A DNA stretch of 60,574 bases from Octopus bimaculoides (Eukaryota): positions 67,158,130 through 67,218,703 of the forward strand of contig NC_068983.1 of the NCBI RefSeq assembly GCF_001194135.2. Direction: 5' to 3'. Position numbers and translations under genes: made by a program. The notes beneath the pieces were generated by a model. That model saw nothing but the letters and a program-made list of their open reading frames with translations. It made no database searches and was not told the origin of the DNA. Shown in pieces: positions 50,691 through 60,574 of this stretch (position 1 is its first letter; each line of letters starts with the position of its first letter).

Positions 50691-50788
50691 TCATCGAAGG
50701 CGGAATAGCACAGGCCGTACCCGAACACCCCAAGAGGGAAAATATTTTCTCTCTCAGCACTGCATTTGGAGATGCTTACCTATTTCAG
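50691..50788 (+). CDS. sif/TIAM1: Coding exon of still life/TIAM1-like GEF, PH domain part 2
   Basis: Acceptor ttacttttcag and donor CAG|gtagta; 98 nt, phase 1 to 0. G+TC gives [33 protein letters not shown], matching Tiam1/Sif 'QAVPEHPK...F.LS...GDA.LFQ'. Confidence 0.95.
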
Positions 50789-53700
50789 GTAGTAAATATT
50801 TCTTTTTATTTTGAGTTTCTTCTTTTATTCAAATCAAAGTTTGGAGGGAAAAGAAGCTTTCAACTCTTTCAAGTTTCTTGTTCTTTTCCCTTGGTACTCA
50901 CGTATCAATTGTACAGCATTAAATGTAGAGTCTTTTTATCGTTGTTTTTCACATTAAATGCTAAATATTTTGAAAATAAGAATTTTCAACCTTTTGATTT
51001 TTCCTATTCTTACAGCTTTGAGTTCCTTGCTTAACTGGCAGTGAAATATTAGAAGTGTCTTTTTTTCACTTTTTTTTTCTTAAAGATTTTTCAATACTTT
51101 GGGTTTTCCTTCTTCCAAATACACAAAATTTGAGCAATGAATTTTTCAGACTTACATTCATCAGTATATATTAAAAGTCATTTCCAAAATTATAGTGAAC
51201 ACACTTTTTGGTTATCTGCTACAACTGTTGAAGAAATGTAAAAGTGAGATTAACTGCTGGACGCCTGTAATAATTTTTCAAATGATTTGAGTTGGTATTT
51301 CAGTTGTATTGAAACAAAAATTATTAGTGAATTTCGACCACTGTTCAATTTCAGAAATATAAGTTTGAGGATGAGTTATCCCTCATCTCTTTTTGCCTGT
51401 TTTTGACATTTTAATATATTGAGGAATGAAATCTGAAAAATTTCATATTGAGGTGGTATGTGTAAAAGAAAAAAAGAAAATATTTAAGTAAAATATTTAA
51501 AATCAAATCAAAATAAAACTGAAAAGAAACCAAGAACTGAGGCAACTTTACAACTTGACAGTGATGAGGATGTGGATGATGATTGACACTGCTATTAGGT
51601 AAACTTTCTATTATCTGCTTTGTTTTAATCCTTGTATCATGTAGCACCCATATGTGTCAGAGGTGTGCCAGTTGCAAGTAAGAGAAGAAAGTCAACATTG
51701 TTCACAAAACACTTGTCTTTACTCCACTTCAGAAATAAAATCATGGATGGGATTAAGTAGCAGATTAAGTAATAGAGAAAGATTAACTGACTTCAGTTTA
51801 ATGTCAAGCATAAAAATCTCCTGTTTGACCCTTTAAGTTAATGAAATTATCTTAAGGACCTGACATTATGAAATGACATCTCTGTGATAGGGTTTTGTAT
51901 CTGGATACCAAGTTTTACGCAACTGAAAACTAGTTAGTTGTAATTACTAAGAGTGCAAGAAGCCAGTAAATTGAACAACATGTTGTCATATACGCACACT
52001 CACGTTTGTGTGTATGTATGTGTGTGTGCACGCGTGCACGTGTTGTATGTATGTATACTCATCTGTATGTATGTATACATGTTGTATGTCTGTATACTCA
52101 ATAACAATTTACCAGCACTCTCTTCTGTGCATATGTTAAAGAAAAATAAATACCTGACAAGATCTTCACACTTACAACACAAAATTGACTCTCTTTCTAT
52201 CACTTATAATATACATCAAATATTGTGTGTGCATGTGTAATTTTACATACATTACTTGGTGCTTTATGCTGAGTATGTTAATATTCTTATTTATTAGTTC
52301 ATAAAGAAGCTTACTACATACATCTTTACTAAAGTAGCCTTATGGTTTAGATAAATGCCTAAGAGATATTGAGGGACGTTTAATCACACTTATGATTGTA
52401 ATTAATATAAATGAAGGTGAATAAGTACATTAATGCTTTCCTTATAATCATCTAGATCCTGCAACTCAAATGTACAGAGCCAATCTCTTCCATGACAATG
52501 TGGATTTCTACATCTCGTAATTTGAGCAATATTGGCTTCTTTTCTTTGTGCACACATCTGACACATGGACTAGAGCATGGGCTAGAGTTGGCAGAGATAA
52601 AGAGAAACTGGGTAGATGTTTGCTGCATTTCCTGATGGAAGGAAGCATGAGACAATCAAACAAAAAAGATTTATTATGAAAGACATAATGCAGCCTTACA
52701 TGTGTGCTTGAATAAAGCAAGAAATGAGAAACTTAATACATTCATTGGTTTACATGAAATTCCATGAAGGAATTGGTCTTGACCAAAGGAACCTGCAACA
52801 TTTGACTTCAGAATTCTGGATAATCTGTTAAATTTTGAGAATAGTTTGGGTGAAAGTTATTGAATATGTTCTTTAAATCTGGAGAGCAGTAAAAATTGAT
52901 ATTTTATTAACTGAAACAAAGTTATAATGAACAAATGTTTCAATTTTCATTTTGATTTCAACATACTTGAGCATTTCCAAACTATTCATTACATTGTGGA
53001 AATGCTAATGCTGTTATTCTTGCTTTTAGTCCCCCCCCCCTCTCTCTCTCTCTTCATACTATATGTGCAAGAAGTTCTTTCTTGTCTTATACTAAAGTAT
53101 CTTATAAATTTATTTAAAATGCCTGCCATGAAAACTAAGAGCATGTTGTTAGGGCTTAAGGAAATATTAAAATCACTGCTTTGATTTGAAGCTTGCATCA
53201 CACAGTTTTGCAAAAATAGATCTTATCTTCTAATAACCAACAGTTGTTTAAGTGTGTGTATGTGTGCACACATGTAGAGACTTTTGATGCGATATGAAAT
53301 CTAAAAGTATTAAGTTCAAGCGCAGTTTGGTTGCAGAAAAAAAAAAAGTGAAATCTCTTTCTCCCACACACAATGGAAATTTCTCAATGGAAATTACTCT
53401 AAACTGAAGTCATAATTGCAGTTCACGTAATCTTTAAAAGTGTTTAATCTTGTCCTGCTCTGCCTGCCTATGTTTGGAATTTCATTTAATCCACCTCCTT
53501 ACCACTCTCATTGAACCTGATTGGTATATTGTACATATGTAAAAAGGCTGCTTATCTGGGTACCCACATCCCTTCACTTCACTTGTTTTCCTCCTCAAAT
53601 TCACTTAAACTGACTTTGTTTGAAAAACAATCTCTGAGAAACTGGTAAATGACTTTGTTTTCTCACCAAGTTTTATCAATATTGGGTAGAACAAAGCATT

Positions 53701-55391
53701 ACTTTATATAAGTCATCTGTGTTGCAACTATGATGGTAATTTCTGATACAATATATTTTTTATTAACTTTGGCTTGGAAATTTTCATAAGAAACAAAAAA
53801 CTTTCAAAGAAATAACAATCATAGTGAATCTTAAATATCTAACAGAAACTGGGCAGCATTCTAGTCAATTGACATGAAGGGAAGATGTTACATGATTTTC
53901 ATTACATACTTTTAACTGCTACATATTTATAAACTGTTATTTCATTATCTCTAAAACTAATCAAACTAGATAGTTTACCTAAGTAGAAAACATAAGAATT
54001 GTCATGTGTTGGAGAAAAGTTTTCTGCAGCAACTTTCATGTCATCAACTATATGTGTGGCTGTATATCCATATTTTAATAGGTGTGCTGTGAGAAAGAGA
54101 GAGGCTAGTGGTTCATGTGAAAAATCCCACTTAAAAAGCTTTGTCGTTAATTCATTTTACAACACACATCTTTTTTTAAAGAAATTATTTGGTCTAGGGC
54201 AGTACTTTTATCTTACTTTCTTGATAGCTTTTGACGTGACCAATTTTTTTCTTTTTATTACCATTTTTCATATTACAACAATATATTTCCCTTAGATCTA
54301 CATTTCCCACTATTGGTATTTCTGTCAATATATATTGTACACAATTAATAGATTTTAAAAAAAAGCAAAAAAAACTACCCATTACCTAATGCTAGTTGTA
54401 AAAAATAGGTAACTACTGACAGAATCTTCCTTCAAATATGAATATCTAACCAAACATTTAGTCAATGATATTTTTTCAACATGCTACAGAAGTAATTTTA
54501 GATTTCCCATACACTGCTAACTTTCTTGTACCATAATGTTATAATCGTCTTAAGTAAAGGAAAATGAATTTAGGTTAATCCAGCTAGTCTATTTTCTGGA
54601 TCAGCTGCTTTGGGCTTGTGTTTGAGCAGCTTAGAAAATAAGCTATAATAATTTCCAAAGTGAACTTTCTGTTAGTGATATTTTAATGTGAATTAGAGAG
54701 AGGGATTTTACATAGATTGAATGATTGACTAACATGAGATGCCTGCTAATTACATTACTAATGACCAGAAAATATATTTAGGGAGACAAATAAACCATGT
54801 ATTTTATAACTATAGACGAAATGAAACATAGCAAACTTAAAAAAAGCTATAGAAAAAAAAATAAAAGCAAATAAAGAGAAGATATGAAATATAAACTGAA
54901 AATAGAAGTTATTTGAAAATTTTACAATTAATAATTTCTTTATAGTAAACAGTGGGTGTTGTACAATAAGGGAGAATATTTAAAATCAAAAAGAAAGATT
55001 TCTCTTAAAGATTAAAGCTAGAAAACATATTTAGACTAAGAATAAGCTTTTTTGAAACAGACCCAATTGTGAACCCTTTCAAAACTATTTTCCTATCACA
55101 ATTACCAAATATTTAAATCTTATACCATTGTATCAAACAGACAGCAGACAAAGTCTGCATTGCCTTCTGCTAGCCCTCTCTGTTTGATGCTGATCTTTTA
55201 AATCCTTTCTTGTATAATATGGAAATGCTTAAAAAAAACTAAAATAACTATTTGACATTCCTAGAGGTAATACTTTAGAAACTTCCAGCTTCTTCCTTAT
55301 TTTTTCAGATTTTATTTTGTTAAATATAAATATTTTCCACCTCATATTAAATTGTGTAGAAATCATTAAAGAGTAAAAGTTATGTTTTACT

Positions 55392-55756
55392 CATCATCAT
55401 CATCATCATCATCATTTAACGTCTGCCTTCCATGCTAGCATGGGTTGGACGATTTGACTGAGGACTGGCGAACCAGATGGCTAGAGCAGGCTCCAATCTG
55501 ATTTGGCAGAGTTTCTACAGCTGGATGCCCTTCCTAATGCCAACCACTCCGAGAGTGTAGTGGATGCTTTTACGTGCCACCGGCACAAAGGCCAGTCAGG
55601 TGCTACTGGCAACGGCCATGCTTAAAATGGTATATTTTATGTGCCACCTGCACAGCAGCCAGTCCAGCAACACTGGCAACGATCTCGCTCAAATGTTTTT
55701 TCATGTGCCACCGGCACAAGTGCCAGTAAGGCAATGCTGGTAACGATCACGCTCGT
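55392..55756 (-). mobile_element. SINE family B copy with three internal subrepeats
   Basis: (cat)n tail, ggatgcccttcctaatgccaacc core, and units at about 55569, 55636 and 55697. Confidence 0.88.
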
Positions 55757-58700
55757 GTGTGCTTAATTATTGCTTACCTTCTACTTGATATAACTTTATA
55801 ATAAACTTTGATTCATAAAGTAACAGCATGATGATAGTATTATCAGTTATAACTGTTAACCCAGTACATTTAAATGAAATAGTATGATAAAAAAATTAAA
55901 TGAACTTAACTGTATGCTCTCGTATAAATGTTAGGATTAATTACACATATACAAGTGTTTCAAAACTGATATTTGCTTTTCTTCAGATATATGTTAACTT
56001 CATTTTCATGTTAAGAGTGAAGCCTTCTCAACTTCATCACCATCACTATCAGCACCAAAATTTTTACATTTGATTTACATGATAGCATGGCTTGACCTGG
56101 TCATTACAGTCTGAGTCAGTTTTTATTCAGTATACTCCCCGCCCCACCCCCACAGACTGATTGGCAGGCTACAACCCACTGAAACCATTTTAATTTTAGC
56201 TCCAACTACTTTACAATGTATACTGCATGCATTGTAACATGGCACCGCACTCACACTACTGAGATTGCCTTATGACTTTCAAGACTAAAAATTTCTCACT
56301 ACTTGTGGTATCCCCTTATACTCAAGACAAACTAACCAGGAAAGTGAACTGAAGAGAGAATGGGTAATAAAACTACGATGGGGCAAGAAGAGGAATGATT
56401 AGTAGGAGTAAGTAATGAAAGAGGATCAGTGCTAGAGAGAGAATATAAGGGAACAGAGTGATGGCACAGTAGATAAAAAAGGGTGAATGGGGTGAGGGTG
56501 TATGATAGAATATCAGGGAACAGCTGGAGTTTTAATAAATGTATATTGTGCAAAAGGTCAAAATATATGTGGGTGGCACTGGACAGAGACTCAACAAGGA
56601 TATGTTGTGTCTCCTTCCCTCCAATTTCAGATTTTTCTTTTAGTTGTACATTAAACAGTAAGAAAATTATTGTGATAGAGATGCAAAAGATTAAGAATTG
56701 TAGCTTACATAGTCTTAACTTGACTGGGCCATTCACATTTTAAAATGAATATAGCTGTACATACTGAAATACAAAGACAGGTGGAGTGTACTATAAGCCT
56801 ATTTAACTATTACAATGTAGATAAGATGCATCTTATTCTTTAGTTTGTAATTTCAAGTTATTGTTAAGAAAATCAAGACTAGTTATCTAGAAATGAATAC
56901 ATTAAGATTTACATTGTTTCTATTTGAACAATATCTCCAAAATTTTAATAACTCTGAAAAAATATTGGTCAGAAAACGTTTATAGTAAAACATTTGTAAC
57001 ATTTATGCAATTTATATATCACTTAATATTTTCATCTTCGTTCCATGTCAATTGTCATAATCACATAATCAAGTTTAATTTGGATTCACTGCAATTTTTA
57101 TCATAAAACACTCATGCTGCAATGTTTCTTTGCTATGTCCACTCCAAAATCAAACATACATTAACATATATACAGTTAAATTTAATTATTCAATTCTTAC
57201 AAAACTTACAAAGCTGTATATTTGTTTAGGTGTATGTTTTCACTTAGTGTACATGTACATACTCACGTGCACATATAGAACTGTGTGTATGTATGTATGT
57301 CATCCTATGGATGTGAGTGTGTTTAAACATATGCTTACATTTATCTCATTGATTGCTTTGTATTATTTGTGTGTCTTTCTATATGAGAAGCTAAGGGTTT
57401 AATAATTTTCATTACACTAAATTGCTAATAAATTATAAAATGCTGTAACCCCAAGCTCATTGTTTTTTACAGAATTATTTGATTCAAACAATATCTATAT
57501 TATTATTTAAAAAAACTGACTTATTTTGGGTTATCAGTTTCTTCTGATTGAGATGAATGTTTTACAACACAGTTCACAACTGAACACATCCGTTTGCTCT
57601 TTATCTATGTACAATTGAGTATATAATCTCTTTTCACTATCTTTTAATTTTGGGTTATTTTTTATATATACATTGCAAAATTATGATTTTAAAATGCTCT
57701 TTAGTTTAGTTATTTCTTGGGTCAGTTCAAAACAACACCTTAAAATCAATTGAACATGATTACAATTACTTCTATAGTCATCATTTCATAAATTGCATTC
57801 AAGGTGTTATTAAGGTGGTGGGTTATAAAAAGAACAGAGCATTAAATAAGATACTTTGTGGCATTTAGTTGCATTCTTTTACACTTTTCAAAGTTGGTAA
57901 AATAATAGACAATTATTGGATTGACTAAACTATATTTTGTCCTAAAATGCATGGCCTTATGTGAGCCAATGTTATAAAATATTATCAAATAAAAGCAACA
58001 AAATAAAACTAGATAAACTAATAAAATTAGATGATAAAAAAAACAAGAATATGGAAAATTTATATGGAATGTTCCTGTCAATCGAAACAATGAATATCAT
58101 GTTTATTGTAATGTATAATTAATTTTTCAAAATTTTTATCTTATTGCATATTAGTTTTCTATATTAACATGACAGTTCTCAATATAGTAGACTCTCCTAT
58201 TTCAGTTGAGTCAAATATCCTTGATGAAAAAATTTCCTTAACTCTAAAGTAAAACCAAATTATTATGCTATACCAAACATCGAAGTCCTTAAGCTCCCTA
58301 GATATAGCATGACACACAATTCTGTTTACCTGCTTTGTTTCATTTCTATATTGCATGCATATATTCTGTTGTTTTCCACTTTCACAGTTTCTTCTAAGAA
58401 ATATACTGTTGTGAAAGTCCCCTCTGATATTGCATGCAATATTTTCTGCGTGATGTAATTTTTTTTTCTTTTCTGTTATTATTATTATTATTATTATTTC
58501 TGTGCAATTTAATGTTTAAATCTTTGCAAAAACTTTTGACAGAAGTGTTTAATAGCATTTCATTGCTCTCAAAGACTGCTATAACTACGACCACTATACT
58601 CACTACAACAACTACAACATATACTAATATTCAATAGGAAATGTAATTTCATTTTGTAGTTGAAATAGGTTTTCTAAATTTTTATTTATAGAAATCAATG

Positions 58701-60335
58701 AACCAATGATCACTAATACATTATTCATTTTCTCTGTTTTGGATTTTTCTATTCTTTATACCAAAGTAGAATCTGGTATCATTTTGAAAGAAATGGGGCT
58801 TGAGAACTGTTGTTTTATTGCATTCCAGTTTATATCATGAAAACAGAAATTTTATACATAAAGATCTCTGTGGAAACTACTTTAAATAGATAATGGCAAC
58901 ACTGCTGTATGAATGTTGTTTAGAGGAGATAGTTAGTCCAGAGTATAAAGTTTTGTTGTTATATAAATAGGAAAATTACTAGTATCTAAGCAATCTTTTA
59001 AGAACTATTTTCTGCTGATCGCATAAAATTCCATAAATTATGTTTTCAAATAAAATCCAACTCATAATCAGACTGAAATTTGTCCCAACCAACTGAGAAA
59101 AGGTTGACTGTATTTCTATAGCTAAAACAGAATATCTAAGTAAACCAGTAGATAAGACATATTGTAGTTAAGATTTTTATACACACTTACTGGATGTTAT
59201 ATTATGCAGAACTTTTAATTTGAGTTCTGCATAATACAAAATAAAAAACAAAAATTTCAATTCATGAAGAAAATTTCTAGAAATTTTTGCAAAGATTTTA
59301 AATCTCATTGAATTAACACTTTTATTCATTTTTAAAAGTTTTAAATATTGTAAAATAATTCCATGTTATTACTTAACATCTGATCATATTTACCATTAAC
59401 TGTTTAAAACAGTTTGTTAGTATAATGGGGACATTAGAATTTAAGTTGGGAAGTATAATTCAAATGATTGCCTGTATATGTGGCCCTTGCAATGAACAAT
59501 GGAAGAATACAATCAATATCCAATTGTACTCTTTTGCTGTTGATCATAAAGGCCATAAATCTGGTAATCATTTTTCTGCTTGTCTGCTATCACTAACTTA
59601 AATTCACTATGATCAAATCTAAAATGATGCCTCTTTTATTCTGTGTATGTAAATCCACAATTTATTTCTCCCAACAGGAAAAGTAATTAGTCTCTTTAAG
59701 CTGAGAAAAGATATCTTTTAACTTTTTGACTATTTATGAAAATATTAGATATATCAACAAATACATTGATTTCAGATTATTTTTCATACAGAGTTCAGAG
59801 AATTTTATGAAAAGCATCTTTTAACATTAAATATTCTCAAATGATGGTGATATTAGTTGTCAAATCAACTTTATTCCATCAATCTTTCTATAGCATTTCT
59901 CTTTAAAAGAAGCTTATATCATCATCTGATATCTCTCAGCTTCATGTTAAACAATATCACAAACCCACTCAAATATTAAACTTTCAACTGTAGAAGTGTA
60001 AAAACCTTTTATATAGTATTGTTTTACTAATGTTTACAAAGCAAGTATGAGAAAGATTGGAAGAGATGTAGTACATATAATTTAGAATGACAAATTTTTC
60101 AACTAAACTGTATGGAACAAAGAAATATGAAGAGATTTACAACATATACAGTTTAGAAAATATGTAATTAAAATGTTTGATTAGTTTTAGTAAAGTTTTA
60201 CTTCATTTTATATTTACATTTACAAACCTAAATATCATTAAGAGAGCAAACTGCTACACTTCTATTTTCTAATCAGGTTCTAACTACTAAGAGACCCAAT
60301 TTGCACCCAATTTCCAATATATATATATGTATGTA

Positions 60336-60400
<65 letters not shown>

Positions 60401-60427
60401 TTATTAATATTTCTAAGTCTCTCTAAA

Positions 60428-60574
60428 GGAGACTACGGCAGCGGTACTGGAAATTAATAGTTATCGCCAAGCCAACATGGCAGTCCCAAAATTAGGACGA
60501 AAGCTGCCGTGAATTAGCTCCAAGAAGCCATCGCCTCTGGCTAGCTATGTGACACACGAAACCTGTGTCCTTTA
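60428..60574 (+). other. GC-rich structured repeat start after (TA)n; possible retroelement 5' leader, truncated by the window end
   Basis: Abrupt rise in GC/CpG content and multiple internal complementary segments (see findings). Confidence 0.45.

Noticed and set aside
50639-51034. 131-aa ORF as a standalone gene
   Set aside because: Only 50691-50788 is exon-like; the flanks are intron read-through with low-complexity F/S/L composition.
52575-52625. 'LELAEIKRNWV' resembling 'LELAPKRNW' of the PH exon (possible duplicated exon)
   Set aside because: No splice sites, no wider similarity, and an in-frame stop nearby; likely coincidence.
50798-60400. Next PH/coiled-coil exon (expected ..ELENW...IHSACA..)
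   Set aside because: Not found by eye in the remaining sequence; it presumably lies beyond the window.

Overview
AT-rich, microsatellite- and SINE-dense eukaryotic genomic DNA with two assembly gaps. The repeat make-up suggests an octopus/coleoid cephalopod, which is an inference. The window is almost entirely intronic sequence of one large + strand gene, a still life/TIAM1-type Rac GEF. Three GT-AG coding exons (29131-29234, 38098-38267, 50691-50788) splice in frame into the N-terminal PH domain, and there is a candidate upstream microexon at 5671-5690. The gene continues beyond both window ends. The introns hold decayed mobile elements: CR1-group, R4/Dong-type and Tx1/L1-type LINE fragments, three Gypsy relics (two back-to-back, each with its own LTR), piggyBac, mariner, a non-autonomous Helitron, a Penelope-type end and three SINE families (called A, B and C here). 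The most interesting observations are an HDV-ribozyme-like nested pseudoknot at the window end, a hammerhead-like motif in the Penelope-type end, a SINE tail shared with the CR1-group LINE whose hairpin shows compensatory changes, and several candidate splicing/editing features around the PH exons. Most ORFs in the supplied track are spurious. All alignments and folds were done by eye.
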